DNA of 64,000 bases from Bdellovibrionales bacterium. Its GTDB lineage: Bacteria; Bdellovibrionota; Bdellovibrionia; Bdellovibrionales; JAUICD01. Below the pieces are notes generated by a model. That model saw only the letters and a list, made by a program, of their open reading frames with translations, was not told the origin of the DNA and searched no databases. Shown here piece by piece: positions 48,608-58,409 of the stretch (its first letter is position 1; each line of letters starts with the position of its first letter). A program made the position numbers and the translations under genes. Location of the stretch: NCBI GenBank assembly GCA_965262715.1, contig OZ253553.1, positions 2,496,001 through 2,560,000 of the forward strand, read 5' to 3'.

Positions 48608-50080
48608 ATGGCGTTACAAGTTTTAGTTGCAGATCACAGTGAAAGTATTTCAAAGGCTATTTATCTTTCTCTAGAAGACTTAGCAGTTAAAGTTCAACCA
48701 ATAACCCTTGATAACCTGACTCATCTAAGTGGCACATTGTTACCTTTAAAAAAGGATATAGTACAGATGGTCAATTCCTTTAATCCATCTATTATCTTTT
48801 TAGATACCCTACTTGCTAAAATTAATGGCTATGAGCTAGCTAAAATTCTTAAATCTGATGAAACCATTAAATCTATTCCTATCATACTCATGTACAGCAG
48901 TATTACAGGTATTGATGAAGAAAAGTTTAAAGCCTCTGATGCTGATGATATTTTAGAAAAACCATTTACACAGGAAAAATTAAGATACCTTGTTATAAAA
49001 TATTTGAAGATAGATTCTCCTCCATTAGGTTCAATTGGAGAAGAAGTCGAACTCCCTCTTATTGAAGATTTAAAGGAAGATATTATGAAACAAGTGCAAA
49101 ATTCACCGTCTCATTTAACAAATCGAGCGGATGCAACTTCTAAAACATCACAACCTCCTAATGGAGATAATAGTGCTTTAAAACCTAAAGGATTGATCAG
49201 TAGTGAATTGGAACTTAAGGAATTACAAATGTCTCTATCTGAATTGGATGGAGAAGAGGATTTTCAACAAGTAAACCTTTTTCCTTCATCCACATCAGAA
49301 GAAACAAAACAAGAGAATCATTCTAATGATAACACGCTTGATTTTTCAGATATTGATTTTACCAATACTTCAAATACTTCATCAAAAGAACCTTTAGAAA
49401 ATCAATACCAAACAGATACAGATGATGTTTCAGTTAAAAAGACACCTAAACCTAAGATCTCACCAAGTTTATTTAATAAAAATCTAAGCCAATCAACTCA
49501 TAAGGATAAAGATGAAACCACACACAAAAATCTTCATTTACAAAAAAAGAATACAGATACTTCATTACACTCTAGAGATTCCTCCAAAGATGTAAAAGAA
49601 GATTCTATAACTATTCCAACATCTAATGAAAAAATATCCTTTGCCTCAGATACCTCTGAAGATAACAAGTTAAAAGTAAATACAGAATCATCAACTTCAG
49701 ATAAGCCATTTGAAAGTTTAGCTGACACTGATGATACTTTTCACTTGAATATTACTGCAGAATCTATTGTAGAGGATGAGATTGACCTGCAAAGCTTAGA
49801 ATCTGAAGAAGATACAGATCACATTGACTTTTTAGTAGCTTCAAATGCTCAAATCTCAGAACCTCAACAAACGGATAACCCTGTGAATTTAAAACAAAAC
49901 GAAGAAGCTCAAAGCCAATTAGAGGAATCTTCAAAAGAAGACATAAAGAAGATTATTTATGAAGAGGTTAGAAAGATAACACAAGAGCAAATCCAAAGAA
50001 CTTTAAATAAAGAATTACCTCAGATGGCGAAAAAACTCATCAAAGAGGAAATCACTCGTCTGCTCTCTGAATATAAATGA
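48608..50080 (+). CDS. romR: RomR-like response regulator (REC, long acidic linker, helical C-terminus)
   Basis: MALQVLVAD.. REC domain with INGYEL and LEKPF; low-complexity linker; C-terminal LPQMAKKLIKEEI. Confidence 0.7.
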   Translation: MALQVLVADHSESISKAIYLSLEDLAVKVQPITLDNLTHLSGTLLPLKKDIVQMVNSFNPSIIFLDTLLAKINGYELAKILKSDETIKSIPIILMYSSITGIDEEKFKASDADDILEKPFTQEKLRYLVIKYLKIDSPPLGSIGEEVELPLIEDLKEDIMKQVQNSPSHLTNRADATSKTSQPPNGDNSALKPKGLISSELELKELQMSLSELDGEEDFQQVNLFPSSTSEETKQENHSNDNTLDFSDIDFTNTSNTSSKEPLENQYQTDTDDVSVKKTPKPKISPSLFNKNLSQSTHKDKDETTHKNLHLQKKNTDTSLHSRDSSKDVKEDSITIPTSNEKISFASDTSEDNKLKVNTESSTSDKPFESLADTDDTFHLNITAESIVEDEIDLQSLESEEDTDHIDFLVASNAQISEPQQTDNPVNLKQNEEAQSQLEESSKEDIKKIIYEEVRKITQEQIQRTLNKELPQMAKKLIKEEITRLLSEYK

Positions 50081-50091
50081 ATACAAATAAT

Positions 50092-50378
50092 GGTTCATAA
50101 CTAGGAACTGTTTACCTTTCGAGGTGTTGTTGTAAACGATCTGGTGTTACACAAAATAGACATTTAGAGTTAAAAGCATACAGTAGGCTTCTGAAGTAGG
50201 TCCCCCAGCCAGTGCCTCAAGGAACAAACTTTTCTTAAAGTATTTTATCCATAATAAAATCACAAAATAACAGTAATGCAAGGCACGGGGGCTGCCTGTT
50301 GTCTATAGAAGAAGCCTACTGTATGCTTTTAATTTCAAATATTTATCGCAAAAAGTAAACAGTTCCTAGTTATGAGCC
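50092..50378. mobile_element. MITE-like element (287 bp) with nested inverted repeats
   Basis: 24-bp terminal IR GGTTCATAACTAGGAACTGTTTAC (1 mismatch); perfect 22-bp internal IR 50170-50191/50311-50332; no ORF. Confidence 0.75.
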
Positions 50379-50473
50379 TTAAAAATAATATCTCTTGATT
50401 TTATAGGCAAGTGTAAGTATAAGATGGCTATACCACTCATCTTAAAGAGCAAAGGTTTTGTAAGGAGGCTGAT

Positions 50474-51220
50474 TTGATCTTTTCCGTAATAAACCAAAAG
50501 GGAGGAGTTGCAAAAACCACAACAGCCTTAAATGTTGCAGCTGCTTGGGCCAAAAATGACATTAAAGTCTTATTAATAGACCTAGATCCTCAGTCATCAG
50601 CTACTAGAGCTATCTTTGGAGATAATGAGTTTGAAAAAACAATTTATGATATTTTAGTGAATAAACTACCTTCTGAAGAAGCTATTGTTTCATCAAAGAC
50701 CTTTGGTTTTGACGTTATTCCTTCAGAGATCATGCTTTCGGGTTTAGATATTCAGATTGCAGCTCATTTTGGAAGAGAAAGACTTCTGAAAAAAAAGCTA
50801 GAGTCTATCAAAAGAAAATACCAAGCTATTATTATAGATTGCCCTCCTAGTCTTGGCCTCATCACTGTAAATGCTCTAATGGCTTCTCGAGACATTATTA
50901 TTCCTATTTGCCCAGAATACTTTTCCGTAAAAGGCATCGATTTGATATTAGAAACTGTCAACAGTTTGCGAGCAGGCCTTGGACACAAATTAGGTGTTAG
51001 AGGTATTGTGATCACAAGATATAAGGAGAGAAAAGTTGCAACAAAGATTATACAACAAATTGAAGAAAAATATGGTCTTAAAATTTTTAAAGATTATATT
51101 CCTGACGCTATTGCTGTTGAAGAAGCACACCATGCACACATGCCAATGGTTAATTACCTACCAAATCATAAAGCTTCAAAAGCTTATAGTAAGTTATCAC
51201 AGGAGATATGGTCACAATGA
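50474..51220 (+). CDS. ParA/Soj-family ATPase
   Basis: NQKGGVAKTTT, IDLDPQ, IDCPPSLG; TTG start after AAGGAGG. Confidence 0.9.
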   Translation: MIFSVINQKGGVAKTTTALNVAAAWAKNDIKVLLIDLDPQSSATRAIFGDNEFEKTIYDILVNKLPSEEAIVSSKTFGFDVIPSEIMLSGLDIQIAAHFGRERLLKKKLESIKRKYQAIIIDCPPSLGLITVNALMASRDIIIPICPEYFSVKGIDLILETVNSLRAGLGHKLGVRGIVITRYKERKVATKIIQQIEEKYGLKIFKDYIPDAIAVEEAHHAHMPMVNYLPNHKASKAYSKLSQEIWSQ

Positions 51221-51570
51221 ACAACCCCCTCTTTGTGGATTCTACAAAATTTCGTGGAGAGATGATCTTAGCTGACCTAGAAGCTTATGATGTTAAATTA
51301 CAAGAAGGAGAAACTCTTCACACAAAAGTTATTTTAAAAGATGGAAGAAGTTATTTAGTGAATTTGAATCCTACAATTCCTTGTTATAAAGGGAGTATAA
51401 GACTTGCTTATCAAGAAAACGTGAGCTTTCAACATCTTATTATGAAAGATGATCATATTGTTGCTAAAACTCAAGAGAAGAAGCTATCTGTTAACTACAT
51501 CAATAGGTTTTCATTAAAAGAACTTAGCTTTCAAGAAAGAACTTCTCATCAATCAACAGACATATTGTAA
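51217..51570 (+). CDS. Hypothetical protein
   Basis: ORF overlapping the ParA stop and ending 8 bp before rmuC; start may be 51208 or 51217. Confidence 0.6.
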   Translation: MNNPLFVDSTKFRGEMILADLEAYDVKLQEGETLHTKVILKDGRSYLVNLNPTIPCYKGSIRLAYQENVSFQHLIMKDDHIVAKTQEKKLSVNYINRFSLKELSFQERTSHQSTDIL

Positions 51571-51578
51571 CTTCATTT

Positions 51579-52763
51579 ATGGGATTTATTGTCTTAACCT
51601 TACTTTTTATAGTTATCGTATCTATCATTGTTTATTTAATCGTTAATTTTGTTAGCAATTTTTTTGATAAACTTAGAGAAAATAAAGAATATATAGAAAC
51701 TGCTCTCAGGCAAGAAAACAAATCTAACCGTGAAGAGTACAACAAAAATAATATACACCTAAGACAAGAAATAAGCAACTTTATAACTCATAACAATAAC
51801 AGCTTAAGCAAAACATTAGAAGACAGAATCACTGCGCTTATATCTCAAAACAAAGATGATCAAAACTCCTTGAGGTCTGAAATGACTTCTCAACTAGAAA
51901 AAGTACGTGAAACGGTTAATGAAAAACTGCAAGGGACACTAGAAAAAAGGCTGCACAGTGTATCTAAGCAGGTTGATGATAAACTTTCCCAGTTATACAA
52001 AGAGTTAGGAGAAATACAAGGACTTTCTAATGATGTAAAAGATCTTACAAAACTAATGAGTAACGTAAAAATACGTGGTATTTGGGGAGAACTTCAAGTT
52101 GGTAACATTTTAGAAGATATTTTAACCCAAAACCAATATATCAAAAATGCTCAAGTTAAAAAAGGTAGCAATGAAAGAGTAGAATACGCTATAAAAATGC
52201 CTGGTCGCTCAGATGACAAACAAGACTATGTTTTACTTCCTATTGATTCCAAGTTCCCAGCTGAAGATTATAAAAAATTACTTTCCGCGCAAGAAGAGGC
52301 AAATGTTGAAGATATAAAGCGTTACAGAAAGAGCCTTAAAGATCTTATAAAAAAAGAGGCTCATAATATTATCGACAAATACATCAATCCACCTCTTACA
52401 ACTGATTTTGCAATTTTATTTTTACCTACAGAAAGTCTTTACGCAGAGGTATTAAGTCAAACTGACCTTATTAATGAATTGCAAAAAAAGCAATATAGAA
52501 TTATTGTATCTGGTCCAACAACATTGACGGCTATACTTTCTGGTTTATATGTTGGCTTTCAAACTCTGGCTATTGAAAGAAGATCTACTGAAGTTATAAG
52601 ACTCTTATCTAATGTCAAAACACAATTTGGAATATTTACAGATCTATTAGAAAAAACCGAACAGAAACTCTCTTTGGCTTCAGAAGAGCTAGGGAAAGCA
52701 ACAAAAAAGTCAAAGTCCATTCAAAGCAAACTAGTAGGAATTGAACAAATAGAAAATGTATAA
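51579..52763 (+). CDS. rmuC: DNA recombination protein RmuC
   Basis: N-terminal TM and coiled coil; RGIWGE, PIDSKFP, TDFAILFLPTESLY, GPTTL. Confidence 0.93.
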   Translation: MGFIVLTLLFIVIVSIIVYLIVNFVSNFFDKLRENKEYIETALRQENKSNREEYNKNNIHLRQEISNFITHNNNSLSKTLEDRITALISQNKDDQNSLRSEMTSQLEKVRETVNEKLQGTLEKRLHSVSKQVDDKLSQLYKELGEIQGLSNDVKDLTKLMSNVKIRGIWGELQVGNILEDILTQNQYIKNAQVKKGSNERVEYAIKMPGRSDDKQDYVLLPIDSKFPAEDYKKLLSAQEEANVEDIKRYRKSLKDLIKKEAHNIIDKYINPPLTTDFAILFLPTESLYAEVLSQTDLINELQKKQYRIIVSGPTTLTAILSGLYVGFQTLAIERRSTEVIRLLSNVKTQFGIFTDLLEKTEQKLSLASEELGKATKKSKSIQSKLVGIEQIENV

Positions 52764-52816
52764 GAAATAGGATGGTTGATTATATAGTTTTGATTTTATA
52801 TTATGATATTTAAAAT

Positions 52817-52892
52817 GTGCTCATAGCTCAGTTGGTAGAGCATCACCTTGACGTGGTGGGGGTCAGAGGTTCAAGTCCTCTTGAGCACACCA
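52817..52892 (+). tRNA. tRNA-Val (GAC)
   Basis: GTGCTCA acceptor stem, TAGCTCAGTTGGTAGAGC D arm, loop TTGACGT, GGTTCAAGTCC T arm, CCA. Confidence 0.97.
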
Positions 52893-52936
52893 TTGACTTT
52901 GCTTGGCTTAATAGTAAAAAACAATAAGGTATCTTT

Positions 52937-53611
52937 ATGATTTTAGAGTCTCGATCTTTTATAGGAGATAATTTTACAAGACCAACACCTGAAGTGTTTG
53001 TAGATGAACTAGCTTCCTTTTGTTTAATTGTCACTCCGTGGGGAAATCGATCTGCTATGAAAACTTTTCAGCGGATGATCACTGATTATTATTTATCTGC
53101 AAGTAAAGATTTAGATATCACATCTCCTTATCCTCTTTTACCTTATTTATCAAAGCCTGCCAATGATTTAAGAATAGCGGTTATGTTGGCTGTTGAATGG
53201 CTTTGTCATCAATTTAACAAGGATGAATATCAATGTGGTATAGAGCTTTTTGTGGCAACACAAGTAGAACATGAGCTTTTATGGATAAAGTATGGGAGTC
53301 CTAGCTTGTTTTTCTGTAAAGCAGGTTACAATGTCATTCCTATTGCCCATGATATATCTATCCCCATACAAATGTCAGTAACTCAGACGGCACCATTACC
53401 TACTCACCTTTTAGGCTTTTATCCCAATTCAGATATATCTGTTCAAGGAATAAAGTTTCAAAGTAGTGATAAACTTATTTTAGTCTCTAAACAAAATTTT
53501 GAACCTCAAATTTTACAACTCACATTTGATCAGTGGACATTAGACAATATTTCAAAAGTATTATCCAAAGATAGCAAGGATCCTTTTTGGGCAGGTCTTA
53601 TCACATTGTAA
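52937..53611 (+). CDS. Hypothetical protein (possibly degenerate PP2C-like fold)
   Basis: 224-aa ORF with AAGG RBS; the fold suggestion comes only from pattern resemblance. Confidence 0.6.
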   Translation: MILESRSFIGDNFTRPTPEVFVDELASFCLIVTPWGNRSAMKTFQRMITDYYLSASKDLDITSPYPLLPYLSKPANDLRIAVMLAVEWLCHQFNKDEYQCGIELFVATQVEHELLWIKYGSPSLFFCKAGYNVIPIAHDISIPIQMSVTQTAPLPTHLLGFYPNSDISVQGIKFQSSDKLILVSKQNFEPQILQLTFDQWTLDNISKVLSKDSKDPFWAGLITL

Positions 53612-53613
53612 TA

Positions 53614-53814
53614 GGTTCATGACACTTTAAGATGTTAATTTTTACAGTTAAAAATATTTTTGATTCATCACTACTTTCCGGGATATGGCCTCTGGGGAAC
53701 CGTTTTCCGGGAACCGACTTCGGATTGCCTCGATTGCCGGACTGCCAAATCCCGGTATAATGAGGGTTTGTTATTTTAACTTAAATTGTAAAATATAAAA
53801 CTTTATTTTTAAGA
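53614..53814. repeat. Family B element
   Basis: GGTTCATGAC end; octamers ATTGCCGG-ACTGCCAA-ATCCCGG; right part is an inverted homolog of 28517-28625. Confidence 0.65.
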
Positions 53815-53826
53815 TGGCTATTCATT

Positions 53827-55233
53827 TCAATCTTCTTCTAACTCTTCATCACCTGGGCCGTGGAGGTTATATTTACGAATACGATACCTCATTGAACGAA
53901 ATGTAATACCTAGCAATTTAGCAGCTTTTTTCTTAACCCCATTTGCTTTATGAATAGCCTTTACAATGAGTTCTTTTTCAATATGTCCAATAATATTTTC
54001 TAAATCAACACCCTCATCAGTTATTTCAATATCTCGACTTGAAGCCATTCTTCTCCCAGAAGCAGTCATTACAAAAGGAGGAAGACTTTCTGGTAAAATT
54101 GTTGCCCCACCTTCCAACGCTACTGTACGTTCAATAATATTTTCTAGCTCACGCACATTTCCAGGATAATGATATTTTTTGAGGGACAACATTGCTTCAT
54201 CAGAAATACCTTGAATGTTTTTTATAAGCTTTTCATTGTATTTCTTTAAAAAGAACTCTGCAAGAAGAGGGATATCATCCTTTCTTTCTCTTAACGAAGG
54301 TGCACGGATTAAAATCACATTAAGCCGATAGTAAAGGTCTTCTCTAAATTCACCAGTTTTCACCATATCCTCTAAAACTCTATTAGTTGCCGCTATAATC
54401 CTCACATGTACTTTTAAATCTTGTGTATCTCCTACTTTACGGATTATACGTTCCTGAATAGCTCTTAACAATTTTACCTGAATAGATAGAGGTAATTCTC
54501 CAACTTCATCTAAAAAAAGTGTCCCTCCATCTGCTACTTCAAAAAGTCCTTGTTTATCACAAATAGCTCCAGTGAAAGACCCTTTCTTGTGTCCAAACAT
54601 TTCAGACTCCATGAGAGCTTCAGGAATAGCTCCACAATTGACCGTTACAAAAGGTTTATCTTTAAAAAAACCATTATAGTGAATAGCTTTTGCGATCATT
54701 TCTTTACCTGTACCGCTTTCTCCTGTAATCAAAATATTCGTTGGAGATTGTGACACTCTCTCAACTATGTTATAAACATTATGCATACTTTCTGAATTAC
54801 CCACTAAATTTTGAAAATTAAATTCTTTTTGCAGTTCTCTTTTGAGACTGCGATTTTCTATTTCTAAATGCTTGCTTTTTACAGCGTTTTTGATATTAAG
54901 GCGAACTTCATCAATTTTAAAAGGTTTAGTGAGATAATCATAAGCTCCTTTTTTCATCACTTCCACAGCCGACTCTGTGGTACCAAAAGCCGTGATCACC
55001 ATAAACGTCAAGTCAGGATAATTTAAATTGACATGATGGAGTAATTGAATACCTGTCATGCGAGGCATTTGCAGATCTGAAATAACCATACTAAAAGACT
55101 TCTTTTTCAGAATTTCTACAGCTTGCTGACCATCCTCAGCACATGTGACATCATAACCTTCCTTTTTCAACATGATCTCTAAAAACTCTCGAATAGACGC
55201 TTCATCATCTACGACAAGTATTTTTGTTTTCAC
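53827..55233 (-). CDS. pilR: Sigma-54-dependent response regulator PilR
   Basis: REC domain, GESGTGKE, GSFTGA, PGNVRELEN, C-terminal HTH LLGITFRSMRYR; pil cluster context. Confidence 0.88.
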   Translation of the reverse strand: MKTKILVVDDEASIREFLEIMLKKEGYDVTCAEDGQQAVEILKKKSFSMVISDLQMPRMTGIQLLHHVNLNYPDLTFMVITAFGTTESAVEVMKKGAYDYLTKPFKIDEVRLNIKNAVKSKHLEIENRSLKRELQKEFNFQNLVGNSESMHNVYNIVERVSQSPTNILITGESGTGKEMIAKAIHYNGFFKDKPFVTVNCGAIPEALMESEMFGHKKGSFTGAICDKQGLFEVADGGTLFLDEVGELPLSIQVKLLRAIQERIIRKVGDTQDLKVHVRIIAATNRVLEDMVKTGEFREDLYYRLNVILIRAPSLRERKDDIPLLAEFFLKKYNEKLIKNIQGISDEAMLSLKKYHYPGNVRELENIIERTVALEGGATILPESLPPFVMTASGRRMASSRDIEITDEGVDLENIIGHIEKELIVKAIHKANGVKKKAAKLLGITFRSMRYRIRKYNLHGPGDEELEED

Positions 55234-55251
55234 TGCTTGCTCCTTTCTATT

Positions 55252-55394
55252 TTACTCAAAATAAACTGGTCTCTGACCATTTTTGGACAATCAGCATGAA
55301 GGTTCACACCTTCAATAAAATGCTGACTGCCTCAAAAATCCGTTTATTTTGAGGAGGGAGATATTCCTCGTTACTTAACATCATGTTAAGGAAA
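55252..55394 (+). repeat. Family A structured dispersed repeat between pilS and pilR
   Basis: CTCAAAATAAAC/GTTTATTTTGAG outer stem, TGAAGG/CCTTCA apical stem, tail ATGTTAAGGAAA. Confidence 0.85.
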
Positions 55395-55433
55395 TCCTCT
55401 CACTTCTCCAATATTGATTATCTTTCTTTATAG

Positions 55434-57182
55434 TTAAACTCTTTTCCTCTCTTGTAAATAAATAAGATTATCTTTTCCTTCCTTACTACTATTGTTGTAT
55501 AGACGAGTGAATTCTATTAAGAATTCTACACCCTCACCCTCTTTAGAGGTAACATGAATCCTTGCTCCATGGTTTTCTAGGATTTTATGAGTTGTTGCAA
55601 GTCCTAAACCCGTTCCAGAAGATTTTGTTGTTAAAAAAGGTTCAAATATTCGTTTTTTAATTTCCGGCATTAACCCCGGCCCTGTATCTTTAACAGATAC
55701 ACAAATGCACCCCTGTTTGTTATAAGAACTAACAAATAATTTGGCTGGATGAAAATTTTCCATAGCTTGACAACCATTAATGATTAAATTTAAGAAAACC
55801 TGTTCTAACTTATCTACTCGACCTATAATATCCCCTTTTGCTTGTAGATCCATGCGCTGTTCCACATGTGAAGACAATTTAGTATTTAACTTAATCCTCT
55901 CTACAGTTTCTTTTAAAACACTATTGATATCTACACAATCACTTGGTGTTTCCTCTGGCTTAGCATAATTTAGAAATTCTGAAATCAATAAATTTAAACG
56001 ATCAATTTCTTTTAAAACAATGGCATACAGTCTCTCATTATCGTTACCAGCTTCTCCTTGATCTTGAGGCATTGAAGTTTGAAGGAGTTGAACACTTCCA
56101 CTGATACTTGCCAAAGGATTACGTATTTCATGCGCAATTCCAGCAGCAAGCTGTCCTATGGCAGCCATTGTTTCATTTCTCCTAGCAACTTCTTCTAGCT
56201 TTTTTATATTCGTCAAATCTTGAATAAGTAAAATATGACCTAGAATATTTTCTTTTTGACTCACATCTTTTAAGTGCTTCCATTGCTTTCCACCCTTCTT
56301 TAATGGAGTAAGAGTTAATCCTAATTTCTTTTGATGAGACTTTGTCTTATAACCTTCTTCCCATGACATATAATTTGTTTTTTGATAATCTGGAGATATA
56401 AGATGTTTATTCATATTATCAAATAAAGATGACATCGGTAAATGAAGCAGATTTTTTTCTAAAATATTTTTGGCAGAAATATTAAATTGTATAATATGTC
56501 CTGTAGTATCAAATACAATAAGCCCTGAAGGCATTGTTTCTAAAATTAATGTATTGAGGTCCTGGAGAGTGTGAATATCCTGTGTTTGGTGTTCAATTTT
56601 TTGCCCCATAAATCCCATTTGAGTGCTTAGGTAACTACTCAAGAAAGCTACTGAGAAAAATGCCATATTATTAACACCTAGCGTAAAAGCAAGATTTGTA
56701 TTTACAATATAAGGATCTAAAATAAGCAGAACGCTAAAAAAGAAAGATGTAAGTAAAGCTAGAAAAAATGTCCCCTTCCAAGGAAAGATTAAACTAAATA
56801 AAAGAATATTAACAAGATACAAAAACAAAAAAACAGGCTGTGTGTTTTGGGTGAGATGAACCAAGATAGAGATAAATGCTGTGTCAAAGACAAATAAAAC
56901 AACAACCACTACTAGTAAATATTTAGAATGATGGAAAAAAAGCAGATAAATAGAATTTAACACAAAAGCTACTAGAAGCATTGTATAAAAAGTAGTATTT
57001 AAGTGGGGGATGATAAAAAAATCATTACTTATTTGGAAAATTAAAAAACTTAGAGTCACTAAGGCATAAAAAGTAATACGACAAAGCTCTATAAAAAAAA
57101 GCTTGTCTTTTAAAGTAGAAAGCATCATTAAGGATGGAGTTTTATTATGGAGATTTCTTAGAGTATCAAAGAATTGTGTCAT
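55434..57182 (-). CDS. pilS: Sensor histidine kinase PilS
   Basis: Multiple TM helices, PAS-like region, AHEIRNPL, DTGPG, EPFLTTK..GTGLGL; ATG 57182 just after the pilC stop. Confidence 0.85.
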   Translation of the reverse strand: MTQFFDTLRNLHNKTPSLMMLSTLKDKLFFIELCRITFYALVTLSFLIFQISNDFFIIPHLNTTFYTMLLVAFVLNSIYLLFFHHSKYLLVVVVVLFVFDTAFISILVHLTQNTQPVFLFLYLVNILLFSLIFPWKGTFFLALLTSFFFSVLLILDPYIVNTNLAFTLGVNNMAFFSVAFLSSYLSTQMGFMGQKIEHQTQDIHTLQDLNTLILETMPSGLIVFDTTGHIIQFNISAKNILEKNLLHLPMSSLFDNMNKHLISPDYQKTNYMSWEEGYKTKSHQKKLGLTLTPLKKGGKQWKHLKDVSQKENILGHILLIQDLTNIKKLEEVARRNETMAAIGQLAAGIAHEIRNPLASISGSVQLLQTSMPQDQGEAGNDNERLYAIVLKEIDRLNLLISEFLNYAKPEETPSDCVDINSVLKETVERIKLNTKLSSHVEQRMDLQAKGDIIGRVDKLEQVFLNLIINGCQAMENFHPAKLFVSSYNKQGCICVSVKDTGPGLMPEIKKRIFEPFLTTKSSGTGLGLATTHKILENHGARIHVTSKEGEGVEFLIEFTRLYNNSSKEGKDNLIYLQERKRV

Positions 57183-57186
57183 TCCA

Positions 57187-58407
57187 TTAAAATCCTTCTG
57201 CAATCTGAAATATAGGTAAATAGAGGGCAACAACTATGAACCCTATTATTAAACCTAGAAATACAATCATTAAAGGTTCTATTACGCTTAGCAGAGCAGA
57301 TGTAAGTTGCTCTACCTCTTCTTCATAAAAGTTAGCTAGCTTTGCCATTAAGGTATCAAGAGCTCCTGTTTGCTCTCCAATACCAATCATCTGCACCATC
57401 ATATTAGGGATATATTTATTTTTCGAAAATGGAACTGTCATAGACCCACCTTCAACAATAAAATTCTTAGCATCCCTAAATGCCTTCTGAATCATATAAT
57501 TTCCAGCTGTATCTGCAGATATTTCTAAACAATCCAAAGCAAAGACACCACTAGATAACATACTAGCAAATGTTCGACAACTCCTAGCAAGACAGCCTTT
57601 TTGTATTAAAGGACCAAAAATAGGTAATTGTAAAATACCTGTATCTACTATTTTACGCCCTTTTTCGGATCTATAAAAAGCTATGAAGCTAAAAATAGCC
57701 ACTGCAATACCAAAGATTATAAGATACCAATAATCTACTATAAAATGACTTAAAGTTAACACCATCATTGTCACTGCCGGAAGCTGCATATTAGCTTGTA
57801 GAAAGAGTTCTTCAAATTTGGGAATTACATATACCATCATAACACCAATCACAACAGCAGATAGAAGCACTACAATCACAGGATACCAAAGAGCTGATTT
57901 TATCTTACCCTTAATTTTTTCAGATTTCTCAATATGCATTGCTATATCTTGGAAGGTAACATCTAAAGTTCCTGACTTTTCTCCTGAATGCACCATACTT
58001 ACATAAGAGGAATCAAAAATACGTGGATGAGCAGCTAAAGCATCGCTGAAGTCACTGCCATCTTCAATACGATTGGCAATATCTGATAAGGCATCCTTTA
58101 AATTTTTATTTTGAGTAGAATTCTTAAGTATAGATATTCCACTAAGTATGGGTATACCTGAATTAATCAATGTAGAAAGCTGGCGTGTCATACCTTGCAG
58201 CTCTTTTGCAGGGACACCTTGAAACCATGGCAATGTGATACCTTTTGAGCCTGAACCTGGTATGGCAGATTTTTTTTGAGTGACTTTTATAGGAATTAAA
58301 TGTTGAGTTTTGAGCTTAATTCGCACTTCAATATCATTCTCAGCGTCAATTGTTCCTTTAATAACTTTACCTTGAATAGTTTTAGCTTGAAATGCAAATG
58401 CTGGCAT
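57187..58407 (-). CDS. pilC: Type IV pilus platform protein PilC
   Basis: TRQLSTLINSGIP, GEKSGTLD, GEQTGALD, IEP..ALYLPIF. Confidence 0.93.
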   Translation of the reverse strand: MPAFAFQAKTIQGKVIKGTIDAENDIEVRIKLKTQHLIPIKVTQKKSAIPGSGSKGITLPWFQGVPAKELQGMTRQLSTLINSGIPILSGISILKNSTQNKNLKDALSDIANRIEDGSDFSDALAAHPRIFDSSYVSMVHSGEKSGTLDVTFQDIAMHIEKSEKIKGKIKSALWYPVIVVLLSAVVIGVMMVYVIPKFEELFLQANMQLPAVTMMVLTLSHFIVDYWYLIIFGIAVAIFSFIAFYRSEKGRKIVDTGILQLPIFGPLIQKGCLARSCRTFASMLSSGVFALDCLEISADTAGNYMIQKAFRDAKNFIVEGGSMTVPFSKNKYIPNMMVQMIGIGEQTGALDTLMAKLANFYEEEVEQLTSALLSVIEPLMIVFLGLIIGFIVVALYLPIFQIAEGF

Positions 58408-58409
58408 AA

